Shown: positions 1-14,653, counted from the first letter of the stretch. The stretch is 64,000 nt of DNA from the human T2T-CHM13v2.0 reference genome, Homo sapiens (GCF_009914755.1 NC_060943.1); one strand, 5' to 3'. The notes: generated by a model not told the origin, from the letters alone. Numbers and translations: made by a program.

Positions 1-1872
1 ATGGAGAGAGAGGCCCCAGCCCCGCACAAGGGGCTTTGAGTCTGAGCCCTTGGGGACACATGAGTGTCCATTTCTACTCTTTGCAGGCAAGGCAGGGGTG
101 GCCTCGGTGGATGACAGGAAGCAGCAGTTTGTCTTTAGGGCAGAGGCCATTGCAGTGAGGTCGGAGCCAGCCTGACACCCCGGAGCCAGCTCCAGAGACA
201 AAACAGGCCCAGCTCAGTGATTCTGTAAAAAGCTGGAAGGCCGCAGGAACCAACTGCTCGGCACAGTCCAGAGAGCCCAGCGTCAGGTGCCTTCCCGGTG
301 CGGAGAGGCCTGGGGCGGGTTAATTAAAGTTAACTGAGTGAAAAAATAATTATAGAAACTGCAGAGGGGAGAAACCCAAACCTGCAATTTACCCTCCCTA
401 GCCCTTGAGCTTTTCAGAACCATCTGGTCGTGGGGAGTCGTGGGCAGGGGAGCAGGGAGAGTGCCTCTTCCCATCTCTCATGCTCCATGGACTGGGTGTG
501 GGGGCTTCTTTCCCCAGTGCCTGGGTCCGTGTTGGGGAGGAGTCACCCGGCTGAAGTATTGTCCCTGGGCAGGGAGATGTCCTTGGGCCGAGCAGCATAT
601 TTGACCTGGGGCTTAAACAGCCACCCAGCTGTGGCCTCAGAGGCTACTGGGAGCTGCCTACCTGGCCTCACCTCCCTCAGGCACTGACCTGTGCCAGGGT
701 GGGGATGTTCCCTCCAGCGCTCTTGGGTGGAAAAAGGGTGATCCTCTCGGCCTAGCCAGCAAGGCCCGCTGGAAAGTAAGGGGACAGAGTGACTGACCTT
801 CAAAGCGGGGTTGGGGGGTCCCTAGAGTGCCTGCCGCCTGTGGCTCTCTCCCCCTGTACTCTGCCCATGCCCTCTCTACACACCACTGCAGGAACTTATA
901 TTCTTCCTTTGGGCAAATGGCCTTGGGGTGCCCCCATCTCCATGCACAGCCTGGCCCTGTTGGCGTGACTGGCTGGTATGTGGGGGATGGGGAATTTCTC
1001 TCCCTGCCCTCTAGGAGGAAGCGGGGTAAGGGGTGAGTCACATGGGTATACTCTGGGTCTGCAGTGGCTGGAGCAGTTAGTGCCCACCCCCAGGAACACG
1101 AGGGGGTGTTAGTACCCAGCCTCTGCGCCTCTGAGCTTGGAGTCTGTTGGACACAGGTCTAGCTGCCCCACCTCCACTCCAGGCAAAGGGCCTCGAGCAC
1201 AGGGACTCCAGTGGTCTGGCCAGAGCCTCAGCTCCCTCTGGTGTGACTGTCCAGAGGGACTGACATACGCCAACCCATCTGTCAGTCCATCAGTGAGGAC
1301 AGCCCTGGCTGTCACAGGAGAGTCCGTCTGTGCTTGAATATCCTTTGAGCCTAGCAGGCTCCTTTTCAGAGCTGCCTGCTCTATGGAGACCTTGTCCCCA
1401 GTGCCCTACAGAGAGAAGCAGGGTGGAGGCACATCCAAGAGCTTCTCTGCCCACCGGGCCGGGTACCAGGGACAAGGACCCAGGTTCCCGCCAGTACCTA
1501 GGCCCCCGCCCTGGGAGCACGCATGCTTATTTGGAGGCCTGGACAGTGCAGGGGGTGGCTGCTGGTTACTGACTGGGGGCCTGGAGGTTCCCAACTGGGC
1601 TCCCCAAGGCAGGGCCAGAGGGTGTCTCATTCCATGATTTGTCCAGAGGTGCAGATACAGGAGACCCTGGTGGAAAGCTAGCATTCCAGCCACAGGTGGG
1701 AACAGGCTTCCCTCAGCCTCCTGGGTGTGAAAGGATGGAAAGGGCACCCCTGGGTAACTTGTAGAGGGCAGAGTCATCCGGGGATTGCACTTGGATTGCT
1801 GCAGTGAGCAGGGCCTACACCTGCCCGGGTGCCTCGCGCCTCGGTGATGACTATCCCTCCTCTGCCCCGTAG

Positions 1873-1958
1873 ATCTCGGCCTGATGGACGCCTGGTGTGG
1901 ACGATGAGGGAAGAACGTGCCCCCCACACCCAAGAGGTGACCCCTGAGCCAGCCCCGG
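1873..1958 (+). other. CHST8: 5'UTR part of the CHST8 exon (exon 1873-2088)
   Basis: Pyrimidine tract and acceptor ctatccctcctctgccccgtAG (AG 1871-1872), preceded by a branch-point-like tgatgac at ~1845-1851. Confidence 0.8.
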
Positions 1959-2088
1959 ATGACCCTGCGACCTGGAACAATGCGGCTGGCCTGCATGTTC
2001 TCTTCCATCCTGCTGTTCGGAGCTGCAGGCCTCCTCCTCTTCATCAGCCTGCAGGACCCTACGGAGCTCGCCCCCCAGCAGGTGCCAG
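1959..2088 (+). CDS. CHST8: CHST8 first coding exon (N-terminal cytoplasmic tail, type II Golgi transmembrane helix, start of stem); phase-1 intron follows
   Basis: Translation from ATG 1959 gives MTLRPGTMRLACMFSSILLFGAAGLLLFISLQDPTELAPQQVP+G, which I recognise as the N-terminus of human GalNAc-4-ST1. It is 130 nt and ends at the canonical donor CAG|GTGAGT (2088|2089). Confidence 0.96.
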
Positions 2089-5000
2089 GTGAGTCCTTGC
2101 GCTGAGTCCTGCCATCACTGCCCCCAGCTTTCCAGCCTGAAGCTCAGGCCTCCACAGCTGCCCTGGTGTGCTGGGCTTGGGGGAAAGGGGCAAGTCTGTG
2201 CCAAGACCCCCGGCAGGCAGAGTCCTGGCTTCCCGGGGAAGGCGTTAGTCTCAATGTGGGAGTGCTGTGTCTGATGCAAGACCTCCAGCCAGTGCCTAGC
2301 AGCAGGGTGGCCCCTTTTGGGAGTCATGGCAAGGCTGCTGTCTATTGAGCCAGTTGTTGCCCTTGATGAAACTCAGATTTAAACAGGATTCCACCACCTC
2401 TCAGGCCTCTTCCACATTGTCAGGGACATCAGAAAGTAGACAACTTCTCCCTGAGCCCATGCCCCACAAGCAAGACTCAGTTTCCCTGCCCAGCCCTGGG
2501 GAATCTAGCCTCTCTGGTCTGGACAAAGGGGGTCAGGGTACCTCCTGGTTTAGTGAGGCCAAGACCCCCTCCGAGGGTCCCCCACTGCTACTTCCATTCC
2601 ACCCCTGCCTGGTAGCCCACTGGAGTCACAGAGGGCTGCTGGGAACAGGTGGGATGGCAGGGAGGCCAGAGCAGGAAGGGTGATTCTGGCATCTCAGGGC
2701 AGACGGAGTGTGGAGAGGGAGTTCAGGCAAGGTTTCTGCTGCCGGGACACGGTCCCCATCCCCAGAGATATGGAAGGACAGGAGGTCAGCTGGCAGGGTG
2801 CCAAGGCCTGGGAACTCTCTGCTTTGGAGGGAGAGGAGGGGAGGTGTCTCAGCAGTGGCCCCTGTTAGGGGCAGTTCCATGAAGCCACACACTCACAGTC
2901 CACATGCTCTAGGGCATGGACAAGCTGGTGCACCCCCAGAGACACCGCTCCTCTGCAGGGACACCCACTCACTCTCTCTTGCTTGCTCAGTGCTGTGATC
3001 CAGAGACAGGATGAAAGAGAAGGGGGCCAGAGGTGTAGGCAGAGGGGTTGCTGCGTAAATCCCTGCCGGAAGCCCAGAGCACAGGAAGGGGTCTTACTCT
3101 GCAACCGCTCCGCCCCCATTATGGACGAGCACCCATGATGTGTGGCCTTTAGTGCAGATTGAGGGCCTGTGGGCACCAGGAAGGAAGGTGAAAAGAGCAC
3201 AAGGAGGCCAGAGCTGGGGCCCTGGGTCTGGCAGCTGCCAGAGGCTCCCCATGGGCAGGCGAATGAGTTGAGAGTCAGAGGGAGGCAGCCAAGGCGGTGG
3301 CCTCCAGGAGATGGTGGGCGAGTCATCGGTGCTGACTCACGCCTGTGCCGGGCCCCCACAGGTGGTGGCTGTCAGAAGTGGGTCTGGCCGCTCCCAGGCG
3401 TCTGGAGCAGCAGGTGCGCAGCAGAGCCGGCTCTCCTGTGGGAGCTTTGCAGCCTCACATGAGCCCCAGAACAGCTCATGACACTGCATTGGCAGAACAG
3501 GGCCCCTCGGGACAGCGCCACCAGGGCAGACAGCGAGCTGGTACCTAAGGTCATGTGTTATCTGCATAGAAGCACAGTCAGGAAGAAGGGCGAGCAAACG
3601 CTGACTGGGTGTGTCCTTGGTGTGTGCGTGGTTGGGGGTGCATGTAGGCAGAGGGTCCAGGCGGCCAGTACCCACATTCTGCAGGAGGAGCCTGGGAGAG
3701 GAGGCATGAGTGTGCCTGTGATGCCCACCTGGGACCAGGGCCTGGACCCATCGGTGGGACACTCCTGGATGGGACTGTGGTTTGGTGGCTTCAGCTAGTG
3801 CCCTGCCCTGCCGCAGCAAGAGTGCTCACTGCGCAGGTCCCTGTTGCCCTGCCCAGCTTCCCGAGTGCACATACGTGTGGATTACAGGTGGGCTGGGGAC
3901 CCAGGGGACGGCTGGGATTTCTGGGAAGATCGGATCCTCAGGCTGGCAGGGGATGTCAGATGGCACGGAGCCGAGGCCATCATCCCTTTGCAGCTGGCAG
4001 ACCTGGCAAGGAGCACACGTGGGTCTTCTGATGGTCCATGCAGCCAGACCACCCTCACCACGTGCCAGGTGATGGGCAGACTTGACGGTCTGGGTAAATC
4101 ACACCAAACACAGTCATAAAACTTTAAGTAATGCTTACGTTACTTTCCCTGAGCAAAGTGCCTCTGACACAGGCTGTTTGTGTTGATTTGTTACTATTCA
4201 TTTATTCCTTCCCTGTACTTCTCACGGCAGCCTAATTGTGATTCGGTACCAAGAAAGCAATATCAAAGTAATTTTCCACAACATTAGTTACAATTTTCTT
4301 CTGATCTTTCAAGTGAAACAATCCCATCCTGTTGGCTTCTCTGAGCATATAAACCTTGATTACATTTATCTGTTGGAAACCAGTGCTTACAAAGTGTATG
4401 TGTCCAGTTGCATGGCTGGGTGGCCCCAAGGGCCCTTGACAATTCTCCCTGTGAATTTCTGTTGGTGGGAGGAACACATTCTGGGAGTTGCCCTGCCATC
4501 CTGATCAGGCAAACAGGCAGGTGTTGGGGTGGAGGGCTGGGAGTGGAGATGAGCGGATCTACGGAGGAAATTCCATACCATGGCATGAACTGTCCTGGGG
4601 ACGGAGTTCTCTGGGAGCTGCAGTTTGTGGCACAACAAATGTAGAAAGGGGATGGGGAGTGGCGGGAATTCTGAGTTGCTTGAGGTCCCTTGGGGCCTGG
4701 CCTCATTCACGTCCCTCCCACGCAGCCACCGGATATTAACAGCACCTGAACTTTACATGGATCAGCCAGCCAAGCTCACCTGGCTCAGGCAGTAGATGGA
4801 ATTGTAGGGGGTTGCCAGACTTTTGTAAATCAAACCACATTTTAAACATTTTTTTTTTTACTACAGTCCAAATCAAATCTTTGGAAACAGGAAGAGCTAC
4901 CCAGTAAGCTATCCGATGCGAAGATGAAGTTTTGTGTAACAGAGAATTCACTTCTCCAGTTATAATTCTTTTCCAGTCTCCAGGATTGCCAGGCCCTGAG

Positions 5001-5114
5001 GCCAGAGCTTCTGCTTTCAGGAAATTCACTTTTTGACCCAGTAGACAAGACTTACCTCTTCTCCAAGAGAAAGACTTGGAGACCAGGCCAGAACCAGGAA
5101 TAACAAACACCAAT

Positions 5115-5411
5115 GGCCAGGTGTGGTGGCACGTGCCTGTAATCTCAGTACTTTGGGAGGCCTGGGTGGGAGAATCACTTGAGCCTAGGAGTTCTAGACC
5201 AGCCTGGGCAACATAGCAAGACCCTGTCTCTACAAAAAAAAATAAATAAAATTAGCTGAGTGTAGCGGTACACACCTGTAGTCTCAGCAACTTAGGAAGC
5301 TGAGGTGGGAGGATCCTTTCAGCCCAGGAGGTCGAGACTGCAGTGAGCTGATTGTGCCACTGCGCTCCAGCCTGGGTGACAGGGCCGGACTTTGTCTCAA
5401 ACAACAAAAAA
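5115..5411 (+). mobile_element. AluJ-type SINE
   Basis: GGCCAGGTGTGGTGGC start, A-rich linker, AluJ-like 'ggaggatcctttcagcccaggaggtcgag', A tail. Confidence 0.92.
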
Positions 5412-5489
5412 TTCCCAATGTACTGGCTCTGGGGGCTGCAGAAGGCTGACTCCACATTTGGTCGAGCAAACTGAATTTTACGAGCTGCT

Positions 5490-6650
<1,161 letters not shown>

Positions 6651-6729
6651 ATGGATTTTGTTTTAATGGGGCAAGGTGAGTCATTGTCAGTGACCCATGA
6701 AGCCAAAGTGAGTGGTGTGGATTGATTGG

Positions 6730-6789
6730 TTTATTCATAGATATGTATATAAAACTACAATGTTACCATACAGATTCTGTTGTAGTTTA

Positions 6790-6840
<51 letters not shown>

Positions 6841-6873
6841 GCAATGTTACCATACAGATTCTATTGTAGTTTA

Positions 6874-6913
<40 letters not shown>

Positions 6914-6930
6914 GTTACCATACAGATTCT
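6730..6930. repeat. Compound tandem repeat: three units of tttattc-(AT)n...aatgttaccatacagattct
   Basis: aatgttaccatacagattct at 6759, 6843 and 6911; (AT)22 at 6793-6836 and (AT)17 at 6877-6910. Confidence 0.95.
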
Positions 6931-7273
6931 CTTGCTGGCACACTGTAAATAGTTCGTTCTTTTAATGTTTGGCTTTTGCAGAGTGAGTTTTCTTTAAGTG
7001 GGGCTACCCCATGTTTCAGAGCCCTTTGCCTTTTCCTGGAGTCAAGGAGTTGTGGGTGGTGGTTCTAGGGTGCCCAGTGGGGAGGCAGCTGTGGTGGACA
7101 GCAAAGATCCCCCTCAGGGACCCCTGGCACAGACAATGGGATTGGACAGCCCCCGATGACTCCTAGGTCTGTGGCCTGTCTTGGGGCACTCCTGCAGGGC
7201 ATGGGGAAATTTAACGATGAAGATAATAATGAATATTGACTGAACATTTACCATGGGCCAGGCCTCGTATTGA

Positions 7274-7570
<297 letters not shown>

Positions 7571-7596
7571 TTTACATGTTCTAATGCATATAATTT

Positions 7597-7936
7597 CCCT
7601 TCCCTTCCCTCCCTTCCCCTCCCCTCCCCTCCCTTCCCCTTCTGTTCCCTTCCCTTCCCTTCTTGAGGCAGGGTCTTGCTCTGTGGCCCGGGCTGGTGTA
7701 TAGTCTTGCCATGAAAGCTCACTGCAGCTTTGACCTCCTGGGCTCGAGTGATCCTCCTACCTGAGCCGCTGAGACCACAGGCAGACGCCACTACACCCAG
7801 CTATTTATTTTATTTTTTATACAGACAGGATCTTACCATGTTGCCCAGACTGGTCTTAAACTCCTGGGCTCAAGTGATCTCCCGCCTCAGCCTCCCAAAG
7901 TGCTGAGATTACAGGTGTGAGCCACCACAACTGGCT
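7597..7936 (-). mobile_element. AluJ with (CTTCC)n-type tail repeat
   Basis: CCCTT/CCCCT repeat 7597-7660 followed by a degenerate antisense AluJ. Confidence 0.88.
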
Positions 7937-8456
7937 AGGTATGATTCTTACAAATAAACGATGTCTAGTTTGAGACAATGTGCCAGCACTCACTGGGGCA
8001 GACACAGAAGTAGCAACAATACTGATACTAGCTAATGCTCTCAGGCCCTCGAGATGAGCCAGGCACAATCACAAGCACTTTTCATATATTTAATACTCAT
8101 TTACTACTTTTAAAATTTCAATAGTTTTGGGGGTATAGGTGGTTTTTGGTTACGTGGGTAAGTTCTTTAGTGGTAAATTAGGAGATTTTAGGGCACCCAT
8201 TCGTCACCCAAGCAATGTACACCATACCCAATATGTAATCTTTTGTCCCTCACCCCCCATCCCAGCCTTGTCCCCTGAGTCCCATAGTCTATTGTATCAC
8301 TTTATGCCTTTAGGTCCCCACAGCTTAGCTCCCACTTATAAGTGAGAACATGCGGTATTTGGTTTTCCATTCCTGAGTTACTTCACTTAGAATAATGCCC
8401 TCCCCATCTATCCAACTTGCTACAAAAGACATTATTTTGTTCCTTTTTATGGCTGA

Positions 8457-8844
<388 letters not shown>

Positions 8845-9007
8845 TGATGGGCACTTAGGTTGGTTCCGTATCTTTGCAGTTGTGAATTGTGCTGCAATAA
8901 GTATGCATGAGCATGTGTCTTTTTCATATGATGAGTTTTCCTCTGAGTAGATACCCAGGAGTGGGATTCCTGGATTGAATGGTAGTTCTACTTTTGGTTT
9001 TTTAAGG

Positions 9008-9419
9008 CAGGGGTCTCCAACCCCTGCGTTAGGACCCAGGCCGCACAGTAAGAGGTGAGTGGTGCGCGAGCTATCAAAGCTGAGCTCGGCCTACTGTCAG
9101 ATCGGTGGCCACATTAGAGTCCAGAAGAGCTCGAACCCTCTTGTGAACTGCATATACAAGGGATCTAGGTTGTGCGCTCCTTATGAGAATCTAATACCTG
9201 ATGATCTGTCACTGGATATATTACATGTAATAATATATCCATGTATATACATTATATATTACAATGTAATAGTAATAGAAATAAAGTGCACAATAAATGT
9301 AACGTGCTTGAACCACCTCGAAACCACCACCTCCCCACCCCCATCTCCCTTCCCCAGACCGTGGAAAAATTGTCTTCCACGAAACTGGTTCCTGGTGCCA
9401 AAAATGTTGGGGACCGCTG
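9008..9419 (+). mobile_element. MER1A-like hAT-Charlie DNA transposon (internally deleted)
   Basis: TIRs caggggtctccaacc / gttggggaccgctg; 8-bp TSD (t/c)tttaagg at 9000-9007 and 9420-9427; MER1A-type 'ataaagtgcacaataaatgtaa'. Confidence 0.9.
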
Positions 9420-9533
9420 CTTTAAGGAATCTCCACACTGTTTCCCATAGTGGTTGTACTAATTTACATTCCCACCAGCAGTGAAAAGCGTTCCCTTTTC
9501 ACCACATCCATGCCAACATTATTGTTTTTTAAG

Positions 9534-9908
<375 letters not shown>

Positions 9909-9917
9909 TAATGCTTT

Positions 9918-10221
9918 ATTTTTATTTATTTATTTTTTGAGATAGAGTCTCACTCTGTCACCCAGGCTACAGTGCAGTGGTGTGATCTCAGGTCACTGCA
10001 GCCTTGACTTCCTGGGCTCCAGTGATCCTCCCATCTCAGCCTCCTGAGTAGCTGGGACCACAGGCACCCCCCTCTTCACACCCGTCTAACTTTTGTATTT
10101 TTGGTAGAGACGGGGTTTCGCCATGTTGCCCAGGCTGGTCTCGAACTCCTGGCCTCAAGTGATCCACCTGCCTCGTGCTCCCAAAGTGCTGAGATTATAG
10201 TCTGAGCCACTGTGCCCGGCC
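9918..10221 (-). mobile_element. AluJ
   Basis: Antisense AluJ; degenerate TSD tcatttaatgcttt / tcatgtaatacttt. Confidence 0.92.
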
Positions 10222-10686
10222 TCATGTAATACTTTAAAACCCCTATGAGTGAATTATTATTACACCATTTGAAAAATGAGACTATTGAGGTAAGAGAGGC
10301 TAAGAACCGTACCCAAGGCCACGCAGCTTCTGGGCTTCAGAGCTAGGATGTGGCCTGGGCGGCTGCCTGTGGTTCACTGTACCACACTGTCTGCCCAGCA
10401 CTTGGGGTACCCAGTATTGTTGTGTTCCGGACCTGGAGCAGAGCCTGGGCAGAGAGAACAGTGTGGATAAAGGATTGGAGTCCTGAGAGAATGCGGCACG
10501 TGGAGAACTTTAAGTGATTTAGGGGCTGCAGCATGACCTGTGGATCTAGACTCCTGGCTGAAGACACAGCCGGCCCTGGGCCCAGCAGGCCCTTGCAGTG
10601 TGGTAGAGGATCCAGCCTTGGCCTCTGGCAACAAGGAGCTCTGGGGACCCCGGAGTAGGGAGTGGTGCATCAGAAAGCTCATTCTG

Positions 10687-11112
10687 GGCTGGGCGCAGTG
10701 GCTCATGCCTGTAATTCCAACACTTTGGGAGGCTGAGGCGGTGGATCACCTGAGGTCAGGAGTTAGAGACCAGCCTGGGCAACATGGCAAAACCCCGCCT
10801 CTACTAAAAATACAAAAATAAGCCGGGCGTGATGGCATGGGCCTGTAGTCCCAGCTACTTGGGAGACTGAGGCAGGAGAATTGCTTGAACTCAGAAGGCA
10901 GAGGTTGTAGTTCTTTTAAAAGAACTACAATCCTTTATCCAGTGAGCTGAGATCGCGCCAACTACAATCCTTTATCCAGTGAGCTGAGATCACGGCAACT
11001 ACAATCCTTTATCCAGTGAGCTGAGATCGTGCCACTGCACTTCAGCCTGGGCGACAAAGCGAGACTCCATCTCAAAAAGAAAAAAAAAAAAAAGAAAGAA
11101 AGAAAGAAAGAA
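10687..11112 (+). mobile_element. AluSx-like element with internal palindrome and 3x37-bp tandem repeat
   Basis: TSD agaaagctcattctg at 10672-10686 and 11113-11127; (GAAA)n tail; insertion at 10911-11010. Confidence 0.95.
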
Positions 11113-14100
11113 AGAAAGCTCATTCTGGTGGCTGCCTGTTGTGTGGCCGTGGGCAGAGAGCAGACAGGGAGAGGCAACAAATGCAAGGAGATTGGGGGCA
11201 GCCAAGGATATCGCATGCAGTGTTGGAGACCTTTCAAATGAGAGGACAAGGAGGTGAGGAGGGCGGGGAGGGCAGTGGTCTTGGTTCAGGGGGACTTGGG
11301 TTTCTGGCTCTAGAGGAGGGAGGTTGGGGGTGCCATTCACTGGGGCAGATGTGCCAGATGGGGAGAGGTCGGGGCAATGGGGCAAGAGATCACAGGTTCC
11401 ATTTGGGGCTTATGGTGTCTGAGATGCTTGGCAGGGTGTGTGGAGTCTCCCTGTAGCTCCTCCACCGAGGGGTGTCCAGCCCCACAGAATGAAGGACCAG
11501 GCAAGACAGGCAGGAAGCCCCCACCATGCCCTCGCCCCTCTGCACCTGCGTTTCCACTCACAGGTCGACACACTCACTCCTTTACCCTCATACACCCCAG
11601 GCCTGGACGCTGGCACCATGCAGGGTGGGGAGGGCTATGGGAGAGCCTTGCCCTGGGAGAGGGGCTGGCAGCTCTGGACTTACATCTACTCCACATTTCC
11701 AGGCCAGGAAACCAGTATCCTGGAAGCTGTCCCTGCTCCCCGTTGGGCTGGATGCCAGCATGGAGATTCATGCTTTTCAGCCCAAACCTCACATTGTCCT
11801 GGGATGGGACCTCCATGCCTGGGTCCCTGGGCTTGCCAGCCACAGGGAGAGATCTGTACATGCCCATCTGTGTGAAGGCCCTGCAAGCCCAGCCGCTTAG
11901 CTGTACCGAGGCAGGGGAGGGGTGCACAGGGAGATGGAGACACGGGAGGAGGAAGCTCGGGCTCTGCTCTCGGGAGCTCACAATCTGTGGGGGTCAAGGA
12001 AGGAGGTTATCCAGGCCCTTCCTTACAGGGTTCCCAATCTGGGGGCAGTGGAGGGGAGACCTGGCCCTGGCTCAGCGGCGCCTGGGGGACACTTAAGGCA
12101 GGTTGTAAACCTTTCTTGAGAGGTGAGTGCTGAAGGAGCCAGGAGGACTTCCTGGAAGAGGGGAACTGTGGGCTGCTTGTTTGTCCTCTCTAGTGAACAG
12201 GAGGTGCTGACCTCCAATGGAAGCAGTGAAGCGGGCTTGGGTGAGATTCCAGTGGAGCCAGGGGTCTCCCTCCGCAGCACGTGCTGCTATGCGTCATGCC
12301 TAATATCTCACAGCTAGAAATGAATAGAGCCAGAAGTCCAATGCCCGCGGGTCTGCCTGATGCCGGGGCTCTTGTTTTGATGTCCTGGAGGCAGCGCTGT
12401 GTTGATTGGAGAAAGTGTGGCCTTCACTCTGCGTCCCAGGGTTACCAGGGACACACTGCCCTGCCTGTGCCTGTTCGGAGGACCAAACTGCAATGTCAGA
12501 AGGTCTGTCCAGCTCCTACAGTGACTGTCATGTTCTGAGTGTGTCCCCCTGGAGCTCTGAGACAAATGCCAGGACAAATGTCGTGGGTGGGCCAGGACCA
12601 CAGGAGCGCCTGCTAAGAAGCTCTCAACAGCTCACCCAAAGGAGGGTGATAGAGGCAACAGAAGTGCAGCGGCCACCCCTACCTGCTCTCTCTGAGCAGC
12701 TGGGCCAGGTTGGCTGCAGGGGAAATATGTCTACTGGCCCTCTCAGAGAGAGTCCGGTCCTCGCGCAGCTGGGCGTCTAAGCCCAGACTCCTTCCTGGGC
12801 TGGTACCTGCCCCTCCAGTTTCCATGGAGCCGGCTGCTTTCCCCGGGCAGGTGGGTTTTATTGGAACCCTCTTGCGTCTGTTTCCTGAAACCATTTTCTA
12901 ACGGCATTGCGGAACATCATATATATTTCCTACAAACCTTGGGAGGCTGACACATCCTTGTTGTGACTGTGAACATCAGAAGTGACATGTAATTGCAGTG
13001 ATCCATCCTGTTAAGTAGCTGGCAATACATTATCTCAAAATCAGCAGGGCTGGAACTCTCAGAACCCAGTGTTTCTAAACAATGCACCTGCAGCTTCAAA
13101 CTCTCTTCCTGAACAGCGCCCAAGGCTGGCAAGGGCCACCTCGCCCTCCCATGCCTCACTTTTCCTGGGCCACAGCAGAGACAATTTCACTCCAGGGAAA
13201 GCCACCTACTGGGTTTTCAGTACTCCTGGAGTGCCTTCTCCTTGTCACCTAATGCACCAGGCTCTCCGCTCAGGGCTGTGGGTGGGGTCCTTGTCACAGT
13301 GTTTCTTCCAAGCGTGGCTCTGGAAGTCCTGCCCTCCTTTTTTCTCATAAACTCCAGAATGTCTTCGTGGGGGTTCCTCCTAGGCCAGGCCAGCCATCAT
13401 TATGCACAATTGGAGGTGGGGAGGGGCAGAGAGGGTGGCCAGAGCCCAGGGGCACAGAAAGCCAAGCCCCAGTTGCTACTTTGCACCCAGCAGGGACACA
13501 CCCACACTGTGCTTTATGCTAATTCTGGGGTATGGTTCACATAGATTGCAGTGTGAAGGGTGTCCCCTGGAGTTGTGCAAAGACCAGTACTGATGGAGGG
13601 ATGGACATGGAGTGCTCCTTGCGTGGTGATTGCCCAAGTGCCAGAAATAGGCAGGGTCGGAACATGGAACCTTCAGGTCTGGATACCCCGAGCCTAGTGG
13701 GTTTGATGCGTCTGGGCGGTGCTAGCTTTGGGACCATCATTGAATTCTGCTGTTTGAGGGTGGGGGTCATGAAGGACCTTCACTGCCACACTCCCTGGGA
13801 GGCCCTGATTTGGAGGGGGAGCCCACTGTGGACCCTGTCTCTGCAGTGAAAGTTTCTCAGTTCAAGCCTCTCTCACCTGAGCCCAGGCCGTTCCCCTTAG
13901 CAGTGCCATCCTGTGTCTTCCCAGTCTTCTACGTGGCCACGATTTCCTGGGTTCCTCCACCCCCTGCAATTGGAGTGAATATTCGCCTCTTCCTGCAGAA
14001 GACACCCTGGGGGTCTCTAGCCAGAGCCTCACTTTCCTTTGGTACATTAAAATATGCTAAATGAAAAATAATGAGCATGTAGGAAGTAATAACAGGAATC

Positions 14101-14429
14101 ACCTAATTAAATTAGGAAACAGACATCACATCGCTGTAATCTGAAAATTGATATTAATAGAAACGGTCCCAGAATTGTTATGCTAAAAGTTCCTAGGGGC
14201 GGGGAAATTAAAAAGGAGAGCAGAATAGAAAATTGGGACAATCATGTCCAATAAGAGTGAGACTTATGTTTTAAAAGGAACTACAGTAACATGCTAAAAA
14301 TAGAAGAGGAGATCTAATGAAGTCATGGACAAAAGTGGCTTTGAAAACCGCAGAGCTCCAACGCACGTGTATGATGGTAATTTATAAAATGAGACAATGT
14401 AATCAAGCTTCAATGTGCATGAAATGTAG

Positions 14430-14615
14430 TCAGGGTTATTGTTTATTGGGTGCCTGGCACGTGGTACTCATTCTATTTTCCCTCGCCCTCCTCGGCAGGC
14501 GTCTTTATCCTCAACTGAAACTTAGGGAGATTCATTCATTTACCCAAAGTCCTGAAGCCTGCGTGGCTCAGCCAGGATTTGACCCCAGATCTGCCTGATT
14601 CCAAAGCCTGTGCTC
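14430..14615 (-). mobile_element. MIR
   Basis: 'tggctcagccaggatttgaccccagatctgcctgattccaaagcctgtgctc' MIR core. Confidence 0.75.
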
Positions 14616-14653
14616 CCCCTTCTCTGTCCTTCTTTCCTTTTGCTATTAGTTAA

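Noticed and set aside
1406-2044. 212-aa ORF antisense to the CHST8 exon
   Set aside because: Shadow ORF of a GC-rich exon; no supporting features
6730-6930. Repeat-spacer-like pattern as a possible CRISPR array
   Set aside because: The 'spacers' are (AT)n microsatellites in a tandem duplication
10923-11033. 37-bp repeats as a possible CRISPR array
   Set aside because: No spacers, units are contiguous and half Alu-derived, and the context is eukaryotic
11377-12096. 239-aa plus-strand ORF
   Set aside because: No recognisable family; overlapped by similar chance ORFs in other frames
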